DNA from: Marsupella aquatica
Lineage: Eukaryota; Plantae; Marchantiophyta
NCBI GenBank assembly: GCA_973895155.1
Contig: OZ316893.1
Location: forward strand, 17,428,770 to 17,492,769
Reading direction: 5' to 3'
DNA length: 64,000 nt
Made by a program: the position numbers and the translations under genes. This document shows positions 11,655 to 25,500 of this stretch, in pieces (position 1 is the first letter of the stretch; every line of letters begins with the position of its first letter). The notes under the pieces are model-generated. The model saw nothing but the letters and a program-made list of their open reading frames with translations, searched no databases and was not told the origin of the DNA.

Positions 11655-14600
11655 GTACGGTAGAGTGGTCACAATGTTAAATAACAATTTAATATCTAAG
11701 GACCTGAATTTGTTCCCTTGAAGAGTTAATGAGAAGCAAATTGGTACTAAAGGAAGAAATAGGATGTTCATTAGGCATATCCTTGCCAAGGAGTGCTTTC
11801 TCCGCAGGATTGATGGCCTCAATGAATAAAACTAAGAATTAAAGAAAGGTATGGAAAAGACTAGTAAAAATGTCCTTTCAATCGGCTTATGGGAAGAGAT
11901 GATGGAAAATGACGATCCCCTGCATATCAATAGGATCCTCGCTTTTTAAGATTCAGAATGCAACAAAGCTCACAACATGGCCAAATTTAGAATAGACATC
12001 TTACGTTAACTATAAATTGAAATGGAGATCTAGTTATCAAACCAAGAATTATTTCTGGTCAACAAGTGGAGATGGTACTAGAATGCCTGAATTGGTAACT
12101 TCTCACACAAAAATTTCCAGATTGTCAATTCAAATTAATAACTTCTCAATCAAATTTAAATGGTTGTTTATGGCAAGGAAACATTTCATTTCAACTAATA
12201 AAAGTAGTAGGAGTCCAATGCTACCAAGAATCCACATAAGCAATTCAAATCAAAATTCAATTTCCAAGTATGATCTCAAATTGTCTAAGTATTAACTTCT
12301 CAATAGGAGAAGGAGTCTTCAGTTCTACTCACAACAGGTCGAGGCTCAACAGGAGCACCTGAGGAGGAGCTTCTATGCTTCCAACAGAAACTGAGAACTG
12401 AAAAGAAAAGTTAACTGTCATCCTACTTAAGATGCTAAAGGGAAAGAGGAAAAGATCTCAAAAGGTATCAAAGCGTGTGAAATGGCAAAAAGAAGCATTG
12501 GAGTGGAAATGGCAGATTTTCAAACATTTAAACCTTACTTGAAGCTTCTTTTGGTCTATCCGTCACCCTTTAACCCATTTTAAACCTCAAAGGAACGTTA
12601 TGGAAGAAAGTTAAGAAGTTTGAGTTTGGAAGGAAGAATCGCTTTGGACAAACAATCACTTGAACACTGCAGAATCGGTTTAGACTTTCGGCAACAACTT
12701 TGACGTAACAAAGACTACATAGTTTTGGCCCTTGACTCATAAATTGTTTTACCTCTTACTTGAGCTTTATTTTAGTTAATTAGGATCAGATTTAGAATGA
12801 CATCACTTGTCACTTATGGAGTCTCAGATTTAGATTTGTAAGGACCTTTACCTTGTCTCTTAGAGTCTAGAATTCCTTTTAGATAGGAATAGATTTCTCA
12901 CCTTAGGAGAAAACCCTTTGGTTTCTCCCATGTTATGAGGGAGCCTCCTACATTTGGACTCCCAAGCAAATGCTTATGTCTTTTCCTTGAAAATTGATTC
13001 TTGACCAATTTGGGTCTTTCTCTCGTGCCAATTTGGGCTTAGGAGAGAGAATTGAAATAAGAGGATTTGCACCAATTGTGTTGAGATCATGAGTTTCAAT
13101 TAGTAATCCATTGATGAAATGTTGAAATCTATGAGTTACTTATAAGAAGTATAAAATTCTTAAGGGGAACCTTCAAATCTAGGGAAATGAGAATTGTAAT
13201 GAGTCATTTGTTGTAAAACCGATCTCAAACCTGAGTATATGGAATTCAATGATAAGTGAAAATCAAAATACCTATTGATAGTAAGTGAACACTTGAGAAT
13301 TTACTAATCTAGTAATTTATGAAAGAATCGTATTGAATTATGACATGAAGAAAGCTCTGAAATCACTTTAAGATTTTGAATTATACAAAACCTGAATAAA
13401 TTGCTTTCCTTAAATTCCTTACGGGACCGAATTCTGGTTGTTTTGAGCAAGATCTTAGACATTTGGTGTTGTTCTACTTACCACAAAGCCTCATTTCTGG
13501 TTTTCGTGGAAGAAAGTAGAACTGTCGTTAAAATCCAGAAGTGACAACAAAGGAAGATCCGGAAATGAGTATAAGGCAAAATCCAGAAATGGATTTCCGG
13601 GTCTACTACAAAATCCGGATTTAGATCCTAACCGGATCCGGAAATGCTAACTTTAACTTCTAGTGAACTACAAAGCTACTAAACTACTGGAGAATCGTCT
13701 TCTAACTCTACTCTAGCTGGTTGAGGTGCAGTATCCACTGGACTAACAGGCTTCTAGGAAGTAGGTGTCCCTAAACTCGTAGTAGCCTCCAGATCCTTCA
13801 AATCAAAGGGTGAACCGCGTGGTGGATTGATAGTCAAAGATGACACAGACGGAAAACGGAACTCAACCTTCTCAAACCCAAGTGGAGTGCCTTCTACTTT
13901 GGTTGCATCTAGAATCACTGGGGACATACCGGATTCCAGAATCCGGATTCTGGCAGGGGTCAACATGGACTTCGCATCCAAAATCACTTTCTCCATCTGG
14001 TCAAATGCTCCTGTGATCTTCTTGGCAAAGCGGTTATTGCACTCAATAACCTTAGGAAGGGTGCTTGGGTTGGCTGTTGCAAAATACTTATCAATCAAAT
14101 TGGCTTCCAACAAGCCCAAGATTGGAACATGAAGAACAATAGTGACAACTGCATTCAGTAGTTTTTGGATTTTCAGATGCTCCTCCAACTTCTTTTGGGC
14201 AACATCCAACTGGTCTACCAAGGAATCAATCTTCCTTCTGTCCTTGTCTGCTTGGTCTTCCAAGTCTCAGATTCTCTTCTTGGCCTGACTTTTAATCACC
14301 ATATCCAAAGTGGAAATGATGACAACCGGACTACAGCTGAGCATCTCAACAACTTTTCCAACGAGATCCTCAAGTTGCTTAGTCTTTCCGGTTGCACTCT
14401 CCACAAATATCCGAACATGTTCCAACTTTGTTGAGGCTGTCCACTTGCAACTTGGTGTCACACCCAAAAGACTCCCTCTACTTTCCGGTCTCCAGATAGG
14501 TTTCGAATCTGAAATAGGATCCAGTTCTGGACTCTGAACTAATCTCTTCCGGGTCCTGGGAGGTTGCACTTCAACAACCGGCTCTTCTTTTGATTCAGTC

Positions 14601-15266
14601 CCCTCTGATTGTTGCCGGTCCGGATCTCCAAGTTGAGCTAAAATTGTCTGGTTCTCATACTCCTCTGCTTCTTCGTCGGTCAGAATCCGGTCCATGGAGT
14701 ACAGGTTAGCCAAATAACATGAGAGGGAGGTGGGAGTCTTCAAATGAAGATTCCAGACTTCCTTAGCAATGACCCCCTCCAGAACCTTCGCCCAAGAAAC
14801 CTTTTTCTCACCAACGTAGGAAGCAGCAATGGTGTTCCCACTCAATCGAACAATCATCCACTTCCCTCATAACCAGTCCTCCTTACGACTAGTGCCTCAA
14901 AACGGTAGCCTCGTCCGGCTCTATTCTCTCCTATGGTTTCTCGCGAAATATTTCAACAGCAGTTCGGTGGTGCGAGGAATGCCTGGTCTACAGTGGTCTT
15001 AAGAACTCGGTCGCCAACTTTCAGTCTCTGACCGGATGTTAAACCTATGGTTTTAATCGTCATTCCCATACGCCTTCTCTCGTGGTGCAATGGTGCCGGT
15101 ATTTTCAAGTTCCAAAAAGGGTGCTATCCGGATATTTCCGGATTTCATACTGCAAGTTAGTTTTTATGATCATTTACGGTCTCAATATACTCTATAAACC
15201 ACTAAAAGGAGAAAATTTCAAAATTTTCCACTTTTTAATTTCTTTAGTTATAACCATGGTATCACA
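11655..15266 (-). mobile_element. ~3.6-kb insertion in the copy A DNMT; probable giant solo LTR (family 3) with a degenerate ORF at ~13750-14860
   Basis: Interrupts sequence that is contiguous in copy B (~54010); right end ...ggtatcaCA; left end and TSD not clean; ORF KVSWAKVLEGVIAKEV...LSCYLANLY followed by a coiled-coil-like segment. Confidence 0.55.
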
Positions 15267-15648
15267 AGCATAATGGCTCACAAAAGTGGGTAATGCACAA
15301 TGCGGACGCCCAACTACATTCACCACTGCCAATGGAGTTTGATAAGATTGGATAACACTTTGTGCACGACGCCGTGGATCCAAAATACCATCCACCACTA
15401 AGGTTGTTGAGCGAGGTACAACATCAAATGCTCGCTTCAAGACCTCACATGGTAGCAAATAGTCCACCACAATTGTGGACAATGTGAACCACACGTGCAG
15501 CATCCAATAACACTGTAGGTCCAATCCAATATCAAACCTAATGAACACTAGCAACAATTTGATGATGGTCATCACCCAATAATGGCACATTCTCCAAAAT
15601 GTATGCAAAAGAATGTGTCTGATGCATCTGGAGATGGCGCGACACACA
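15267..15648 (-). pseudogene. DNMT3-like domain of copy A, middle piece (motif VI ENV, degenerate motif VIII, TRD)
   Basis: FAYILENVPLLGD (ENV at 15586-15594); DAARV..LWWT; GRPHCALPTFVSH. Confidence 0.82.
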
Positions 15649-16503
15649 CACTACTAGATTTTGTTGCGTCGGATGCTAACAATACCTCCTGATAATTGTC
15701 GTTAATATAATTAACAACTGCCATGACTACGTTTACAACTACGTCCAACGTAACTAAGACATTGTAGAAATCTAAGCGTCGATTGCCCCCACTTAACGTT
15801 GTTTGAAACACTGTTAAAAGTAATGTCGCTGGATGAGCTTTCATGAATGTCATTTTGAGCATCGTTTGTTATTAACAACGTAGGAGAGGACATAATGTGT
15901 GTAGGGTATCATGGCGTTAATATTTACGTTGTAGAGGGAGTCGTAAAATAGGTGACGTTGCTCTGTATGACGTGGTGAAGAGGACAAGACTGTTCGTGGG
16001 TTCTTTTGTCGGGGAGGCATTATTGAGAAGTTGTGTACCTTGGAAACAGACTACTTGCTGGCCTATACGTGGAAAGAAGTTGTTGAGCACTTCAGTGACT
16101 ACCATGGATTTATCGAGCACTTTGCAGAGACAATGTCAAGCTTAGTGGGGCTCCTTACCTCAATTATCAACACGAGGCTCCTTACCTCAATTTTTTTCTC
16201 CCTTCATTTTTTTTACTCAGATTTCATAGACGATTCATGACTACCAAAGAATGGAGGAACAAGGCCATGGACTAGGGAGATCGACCACCTATCAATAGAC
16301 CACCTATAGAACCGCCGCGGAGAGACAAGGCATCAAAGGCCAAAATCATAAGTGAATCACAAACAAGTACTCGATTGCAAGAGGATGCGGGCGATCAGAA
16401 CCATCGGGAGAACAAACGCGAGCCAACACAGAGCTCACCAACTTCAATTTATATAGAAAGAACCACAATACAAAAACATCATTGACCCTACACATTTAAT
16501 AGG

Positions 16504-17445
16504 ATGTCAATCCCCACGAACCCCATCGAAAAACACCTATTTCAAGCCCTCAATATCGACGGTGCTAACTACTTATCCTGGACCTTAGACGTAGAAGCAC
16601 ACCTCGCAGCTAAGGATCTCCAGGACACGATCATAACAGATGCGGGAACAACTTTACAGCAAAAGGCAAAAGCCTTGATACTAATTCGACACCACTTAAG
16701 CGACTCCTTGAAAAGACAATACTTGAACAAATTCAATCCGCGAATACTCTGGGAGGAGCTTCAATCCCGCTTCGACCACACTCGAACCATTTATCTGCCA
16801 GCTGCACAACATGACTGGATTAATTTGAGAGTTCAAGATTACAAGACGATCGCAGATTATGATAGCGAGCTATTCAGAATCGTAGCGCAATTGGCAATCT
16901 GCGGCCAGCCAGTAAACGACGCGGAGCAAATCAAAAAGACGCTATCTACTCTATACTCAGCCAATCTAATACTCTCGATGCAATACAGGAATATGGCATT
17001 CACCAGATACTCCGAACTAATTGCCCACATGCTTCTGGCTAAGAAACACCAGCTCCTATTACTACAGAGTGCACAAAAGCGACCCCCCGACACCCTCCCC
17101 CCACATACAACTCCAGAAATCAACTATACAGAACCACAAAGGGGAGAGGGAACATCTTACCAAGGCCGAGGAGGCAGCAGAGGGAGAGGCCCCTATAGGG
17201 GACGAGGAACTAATTTCCAATGCAGCGGAGAAGGAAACTTCCCACGTGGACGAGGACGAGGCAGATACCGATATAATGGAGGGAGCTCGAGAAACACCTG
17301 GAAACGAGATAGCAACAACCAGCCCCGGACAAAGTTCAACCAAGAACAATACAACTCACGAGATAAAATCGAAAACCCTCCTCTCTGTTTTTGCTGTGGA
17401 ACTAAAGGGCACATCCAGAAAACATGTCGAGCCCTATACACCTAG
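16504..17445 (+). pseudogene. Copia gag (UBN2-like N-terminus, RGG-rich tract, CCHC knuckle)
   Basis: LNIDGANYLSWTLDVEAHL; CFCCGTKGHIQKTC. Confidence 0.9.
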
Positions 17446-20400
17446 TGGCACTCTATAAGAAAAGTATTACAACAAATGAACCCAAAACGTATGGAACATT
17501 TATGGACTCTACAGAGATCCTACCTGAGATAAATATGGCCACAAGGAACCCTATAAAAACACCAGACGGCCCCTCCTACTGTATAGTCGATAGCGGGACC
17601 TCACATTCTATCTTGAAAAATAAAGAATACTTCACCCACATAACACCATCACAACGCAAGATAACAACAATAATGGGCCAACATCAATTGGAGGAAGGAT
17701 ATGGACCGGCAACGGTGATTCTACCTCGAGGGACAACCATAAAAATACACTCGGCCATTTACGCACCCAGAGCAACGAGAAACCTGATAAGTTTTGGAGA
17801 TATAAGAGCCAACAACCTGCATATAGAGACGGGAACCTCAAATGAACAAGAAGTCCTACACATAACATCCAAGACACTAACGAACAAAGGAATCTTGGAA
17901 ACACTAGATGCAACCCCTCCCGGATTTTACGTCACAAACATACAGAGCTTCCAAACGGAAACTCACAAGAATACTATTACCAAGACTTGGCACAGGAGGC
18001 TCGGCCACCCTGGCCTTAACATGTTTCAGAGGATTATTAAACAAACCAAGGGCATACCAACCACGGTACACCCCACATCCATGCAAGAGCCGTGCCTAGC
18101 TTGCTCACAGGGAAAACTGATCATCCGGCCTTCCCCATCAACAACCGAAAGCCGAATCCCCAACTTTTTGGAGCGGATACACGCTGATGTCTGCGGACCC
18201 ATAGATCCCCCTAGTGGCCCATTCCGCTTCTTCCTAGTAGTCATAGACGCATCTACCAAATGGTCCCAAATTTCCCTCTTATCTACACGAAATTTAGTGT
18301 TCTCACGCCTCATATCTCATATCCTAAAACTGAGAGCACAATTCCCGGATAACCACATCCGGACACTCAGAGTAGATAACGCAGGGGAGTTTACCTCTAA
18401 AACTTTCGAAGAATTTTGTACTGCTACGGGAATAGACGTACAGTACCCGGTCCCCCACGTACACTTCCAGAATGGGATAGCAGAATCCTTGATAAAACGC
18501 CTCCAGATAATTGCTCGGCCACTATTAATGCAGAGTAACCTCCCCACAACAGCATGGGGACATGCAATCCTCCACTCCGCCACATTGTTGAGCTATAGAC
18601 CATCAGCATTCAACTCTAGTTCACCCCACCACCTGGCATTCGGCAATATTCCAAATGTCTCCCACCTGAGGACGTTCGGTTGCCAAGTAATGGTACCAAT
18701 CCTGGGCCCCAAGCGAACAAAGATGGGCCCTCAGAGGCAACCAGGCATATACACTGGATGCGACTCCACATCAATTATTCGCTACTTGGAACCAACCACA
18801 TCCGATGTATTCAAAGCACGCTTCGTAGACTGCCATTTCTACGAAGACACTTTCCCGAGACTACACACGAAACAGCAAATGGATAAAGACAAGGCGCTCA
18901 CCTGGCAAATCCAATCTGCATTTTGGAATGACCCTCGAACCAGCCATTGAGACACAGAAGTTCAACGAATCCTGCACCTCGCAAAGATGGTAGAACAACT
19001 ACCAGATTCTTTTGCAGACGCTGCAAAAATGACCAGATCCCATATACCAGCGGCAAATGCACCATCTAGAATACAGATGGAAACTCAACCCGCCACGTAC
19101 AGTGGCGGTACCAAGAGCCAAGCGAGGCCGCCCACTAGGCTCTAGAGACAAACAACCAAGGCAGAGGAGGGCAACTCCCTCCAGAGAGGCACCAACAATC
19201 CAGAGGGCCCCTGCCTCCCCACAGCCTGAGACACGAGAAGATAACGAAGAAATTGCCATCAACTACGGCAGCACAGGGCATATATGGGACAGACAACAGA
19301 CAATACTAGATGAACACTTTGCCTTCCACATATCTCAACAAATAGAAGAAGACTTACCTGACCCAAGGACAATCCCAGAAGCACAAACTCACCCTGACTA
19401 GCCAGAGTGGGAGAAAGCTATTCACCTAGAATTGGACTCACTTATATCACGCCAAGTGTTTGGCCCAATAACCCCAGCAACACCAGGCACACACCTGACG
19501 GGATACAAATGGACCTTCGTGAAGAAGCGCAATGCAAAGGGGGAAGTGGTTAGACACAAGGCCCGCTTAGTAGCTAAGGGATTACTCAAATCCCAGGCAG
19601 GGACTACGACCTCACATATTCCCCGGTGATGAACGTAATTACTTACCGCTACCTGATCACTTTTTCCCAACATCACAACTTATCGATGCACTAAATGGAC
19701 ATAGTGACAGCCTATTTATATGGCCACCTAGATACAATAATTCATATGGAGGCACCACCCGAACTGATACAACGAGCGGAACACCACAGTAAGGGGGAGC
19801 CAATACATCAAGAATCACATAAACATACACAAAGTACCTTCGACCACGCCAACGCAGCAGTACTTAAGAAAACAGCAAAATCAATAACATTGGAAGCTTC
19901 TTTAAAGCAAGAGTTGCAAAAGAAAAATCTTACCACACGCACCCGTTTTGCAGTACAAGTACTCCGCTCAATGTATGGCCTGAAACAGAGCGGCCTGACA
20001 TGGTATAAGAGATTCAAATCAGAAATGGTAGCAATGGGATTCATGAACGCTGATATAACACCATGCCTTTTTATTAAGCGAGAAGGGCGCAAACTCATTA
20101 TCATTGCCATATACATAGACGACTTGAACTTATTTGGCACCAGCAGAATCATGCTGGAAACTATTAAACTACTAAAACAGGCATTTGAGATGAGAGACTT
20201 GGGGCAGACTACTTTCTGCCTCGGATTGCAATTCGAACACTTACCCACTGGAATTTTCCTGCATCAATCTACATATACAAAAAAGATATTGAAGCAATTT
20301 AATATGCACCTGGCAAAAGCAGTCCAATCTCCTATGGACATTCGTTCCTTGGACAAGGATAAGGACATCTTCCGGAAGAGAAACGAGAACGAGCCACTAC

Positions 20401-21115
20401 TTGGCTCAGAAAAACCATACCTATCTGCTATAGGTGTGCTAATGTTCCTTGCCAACCAGACCAGACCTGATCTGGCATTCTCGGTGAACTTGTTGGCCCG
20501 CCAGAGTGCAGCACCAACCATACGCCACTGGAATGGCGTTAAGAGAATTTTCTGCTACCTCATAGGTACCATAGATCTGGGATTATTCTACCCCAAGAAC
20601 GCTACTTACTTACTAACTGGATACGCTGACGCAGGATATCTATCTGACCCTGAAGACGCCAAGTCACAAGCAGGGTACGTGTTCTTGATGGGACAAACGG
20701 CGATTTCATGGAGGAGCAACAAACAAACGCTCACCACGACTTCATCAAACCACTCCGAAATAATTGCTTTATACGAAGCTAGCCGGGAGTGCATATGGTT
20801 ATGAAATGTGATCAACCACATACATCAAAACACTGGAACGCCAAGACTGACCGCACCTACACACGTATACGAAGACAACCGACCATGCGTCGACCAAATT
20901 CAAGCAGGTTTCATCAAGGGCGACAGGACAAAACACATTGCTCCTAAGTTCTTCTTTACACACAAGCAGTAGAGCAAGAACATCGAAGTACGCTGGATCC
21001 CAAGTGAATCAAACTCTGCAGATATGTTTACAAAATCCCTACCTCCTGCCCTTCACAAAAAGCATGCACACTCCATAGGGTTGAGAAGCTTATCTCAATT
21101 ACTCAGCTGAACTGA
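17424..21115 (+). pseudogene. Copia pol (protease, integrase, RT, RNase H) with stops and frameshifts
   Basis: CIVDSGTSH; WHRRLGHP/CLACSQGK; HADVCGP, RVDNAGEF, NGIAE; YIDDL; ADAGY, YEDN, ADMFTK. Confidence 0.93.
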
Positions 21116-22523
21116 CAGAGCTGGGTATCGCAGCTAATGTGCTTGCAGCATTCAGGGGGAGATACTCCCGACTATAGCCGAAAAACTGCAACTCCGCAGA
21201 CGTCGACACCTCCCCATCATAAGCCAACGAGACACCTCACAATACACAAGCCAGGAACAGATTGACACCAGCATAACAATCGATGGGAGCCATCGAACGA
21301 CGACAAGACCCTGCAACACAACTCGAAAAGTGCAACACCATTTCCCGAGGAGCCTTAATGCTCCCAGTACCCCGCATCACCGAGGAAGTAGACACATACA
21401 TTGTTAGGGCTACGAGCTTACAGGACAAAATGCCACATAACACTTTCCCGACAAACACACCTTCAAATATCATACTATTTTTACATTAGACCATACACAT
21501 TAAATCATTTACATAACCTGGAGGGAATGGTAATACTCTTTCCCCCAACAAGAAAGGAGGGGGGGTTTAATGAGATTACATTCCCCTCCTAGGTATAAAC
21601 TTAAAATAGATCAAAAATAACCATTCCTTATAGTAGACTTCAGATGGTGGCAACATTTCCCCCAGGTCATGTTACCCCCAAGGGGAAGTGTTGTAACCCA
21701 AGGGTTAAGTCTACCGCAGTCAGGCTAGTCATAACCGCCTAACTGCCTAGCTACCTAAGGAACCATATGTATTGGTTGGACGATGAATGAAGCATTAGTT
21801 GTTGACACACCACAACATCCCTCGTGTTTTTCATTTTGAATGCATGTGCCAATTAATGTCACTACTGTCATTAACGTCGTGCGGATATAGTAACTTTGCA
21901 ATACACGACAACTTTGGTTTCATATGTACCCTCAAACGACGTAAGTGAATATACGTCATTTTCTGTGGAGATTTTACGTCGTGTGGAAGATTGCAAACTG
22001 GGTTGTGGGTAAACTAACATCATTTAGGCCTCAATAAAATGACGTAAACTGGAATTAACGTTGTAAGGAGGTTGTCTGGTACGACGTAGTTTGAAGATAC
22101 GTTGGTCTACCTTGCGCCTCACGACGTAATAGTCATACAACGACGTTACCCACAGATGCTACAAACCCACATGAAGGTGGCCATAACCAATATATACATG
22201 CACTCTCGGGGGGATCAGTATATGAAGGGTCATACATCACGTGCGACGGTTTGGGTCATTTATGACCCCCCTAAGTCACTTTCTAGAAAGTTGTACGGCA
22301 CCAATCATGTGATGACACGTATGCATTTTGCAATTAAACAACCCTATATTTCCATAGAAGACTTAATAAGTCTTCCGCCAAAACCATTTAAATGGCCCTA
22401 TACTTCGTCGCACATGATATGCCACTTCCATGGAAGTGACCCCCCCCGAGCATGCACTCAATACATTTATGGTCATGGATCCATATCGTCTACAATTACT
22501 GATGCCATCAAACCCTTCCTTTG

Positions 22524-25500
22524 TCATGGGAAGATGGGAATGACGATGGACCATCCACTCATAGTGTGCATTGGAACCATAATACACTGATCCACTTGGC
22601 TAGGAAATACTATAGTATCACTAACCTCAGTTTCGGATGGTGCTACACGAGTCGTGTCTACCCGATAGAACCCACACTCATCTTTCACCATGGTGGCTCT
22701 ATGTGTAGGTGACATGATGGATTTGTGCCACCGCACCTCTAACACAGTAGTAGTAAATGACCCAAAGTGAACGTCTAAAATATCCAATACAGTGCCACAA
22801 TAGGGAATCTCAACATCACCTGGGTCTGTCAACATGAACACTCCTGAGTTACATGTACTCTTCTTCATGTGGTCCGTCCTCCAAGTGCCAAAGTGGTGCC
22901 CTGACTCATACATGTGTGTATGGGTCGTTGCCCACAACCCTGATCCCCTAATGATGTTTTGTACATCAATGGGAATGGATAAGGGTCCATGCTCTGCAAG
23001 GAGCTTATCCATGTGCTCCAATGCCCATATGAAAAATAATGCATACCGTCGTGGAACTATCGGTTGCTGCTCCAAGAATGCACTGCAAAAAATGTATGAA
23101 TCCATGAGAATATTGCACAATCCAAAGAAGTGCTCCTTTAACCCACTCTAAATTCTACACACATAGAATGTAGAATAACATTTACTGTTAGATTAACATA
23201 TATATAGAGTTGCATATATGTACCTATGCAACTCCCTCCACTGAGACATCTCTGGGAGATTTCCCAACACATAATTGTGGATCTGTACTCAAAGTATGTT
23301 GTCATGTAGTGAACGCTTTTTTGACGCACCCATCAAACGCAACCCACCATTGTCATCATCTTGTGCCTCTTCCCAAGCTCTGGGAGCTTCTGTGTGCAAA
23401 CTCCCTATCATCCCTCCAGAATAAAAGAGGCACTCTGACATGATATACCCCGTTGCCATACTTCCCTCTAGTCGAGCTGGTTGACGCACCATGGACTTGA
23501 GCACTTTCATGAAGCGCTCTACCCAATACATCCAACGTGCATGGGCAGGACCAGCAATTGCGACCTCATCCACCAAGTGACATAGTAAATGCAATTGCAT
23601 GTCAAATATGCATGGGGGAAACACCTTCTCCATATTGCACATCACGCGAGATGACCTCTCCCTCATCAAAGGAATCTCAGACTCCTTTATCTCCTTAGCG
23701 CATACCCGCCTATGTTCCTCCTCAAAACCATCAAAGATTTTGTATATCAGATCCACATTGGGCCGTAGAAAAATAAGTTTGAAATACTTGTTGAATTACA
23801 GGGGTCCTGTAGCGGCAACAGGGACTTGCAAGAGAGCAATGGAAGAGAGGGTACGTGATCATACCTGAAAATGGAGCACATCTCATATATAGTCAGACGG
23901 AGTAAACAACGCTCCCGGGAATCATCACAACAACGCAAGACTGCTGGTAGCACATGTTGAATCAACTTGTGATAATTATGAAACTTCAACCCTATTGGGG
24001 GTATGTGATCATTCCTTGTAGTGCACCCACAAAAACCAGCTCCGTAATGGCTAGGGAACTTCATCTCGCTTACCATCCCATTCATGTCCTTCAAAACCTC
24101 TCTTGGCAAAATCCAAGGACCAGGAAGTTTCTCCCCAGTACGTGTTATCCAACAACTCTTCGCTACTCCAACCCTCTCAGCATCCTCTCGGACTCCACGA
24201 GTGTCATTCGTCCCATAAATGTGCTTCACCAAGTTCTTAGCAACATTCACTTCAATGTGCATGGGGTCCAACAACCATTGCACCTGGAGTCTCTAGAAAT
24301 TGAAATAACATATTTCATCAGTTGCAATCTCTAAATTAAGCATTTTATTGGGCTAATTTGCTATAAAGGAACCATGCACTTCTATCACTTACCCTCCAAT
24401 AAGGCAAGTCCCCCATAGCTGAGCGTCGGTTTACTCCACAATCCTTGGGTTTCAGTAACTTTGCTTCCACCTTCTCTGCCTTTGAATTTGTCCTTCAGCT
24501 GAAGGGCCATTAGGACATGGCCGCAATTCAGTCTCTGCCCAATGTGTTGTGTTTTGTTGCAAGTGGTCATCCATTGCCAACCGGACCCTACTGCCCTCAT
24601 ATGTGGTTTTGTGTAGTAGTCTTGAGTACCTCCCACGCAATTTTGGGCCACATGAAGGGCAAGCTGAAAAACCTGCCCCCTTCAGGCCAGATATTGTCCC
24701 CATACCTGCCATTTCATTGAACCATGTTCAGACCACAAATAACCCCAACACATGCATTGTACATGACATTGTGCAAACAATAGCCATTGGGTTGCCCACT
24801 GAATTACCTGGACCATCTGTGGTGCACTGAGTGATCATCACCCTTATATTGAAGGTCATGCCATTGCCTGGTTCACGAGTGACATCTATTGTTGATGCTC
24901 CAACCTCCCACAGATTATGTAGCTCTCTTCATAAGCTGGAGCCAAACAGATATCAGGATTCTTACAGGCCTTGGGTCCAAGAATTATAGCTAATAGAAGC
25001 ACATGACCCTTCTTCATTGCCAACCATGGAGGGATGTTCTGATTTATCAAAAGAACAGGCCAGATGGACTTAGGCTTCCGTCGTTGTTTATATGGGTTCA
25101 CTCCATCGATTTCCAACCCCAAACGAACATTTCTTGGCTCCTGGGCAAAATTTGGCCAAGTGGCATCAATGTGCTTCCACGTTGGACTATCTTGGTGGTA
25201 TTGCATTATCCGTGGTGGGGATTTGTTCTCCACATGCCAAGTATGTAGTGTGGATAAGTGCTTTCATCGGTAGAGATGCTGAAGTCGGGGAGTGATTGGG
25301 AAATAACAAAAAACCTGCCAGATCCAATGTAACTCGTCAATTTGACGACAATCACACTAAACATCCTTCCACACTACGTATTATTAAAACTAACATCGTG
25401 GAGGACGACGTTTCTTACATACGATGTACCTTGAGACGTTAGTTACGGATTCCCATACGACGTTAAAAAACATCTACGTCATTTTGAAAGACGCTAAGTG

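Larger units (their letters stand above)
16215..21770 (+). mobile_element. Ty1/Copia retrotransposon, Bianca-like, degenerate; no 5' LTR found, 3' LTR stub after a PPT near 21680-21690; boundaries approximate
   Basis: Order gag-PR-INT-RT-RH; RTKMGPQR, YADAGYLSDP and HIAPKFFFTH motifs recalled as typical of the Bianca lineage. Confidence 0.85.

Noticed and set aside
17424-17445. Programmed gag/pol frameshift in the Copia element
   Set aside because: Adding one base gives a continuous CRAPIHLVALYKK, no slippery site is evident, and the copy has other lesions.
22102-22590. 162-aa plus-strand ORF downstream of the transposase
   Set aside because: No recognisable domain; it overlaps the motif cluster and the antisense transposase tail.
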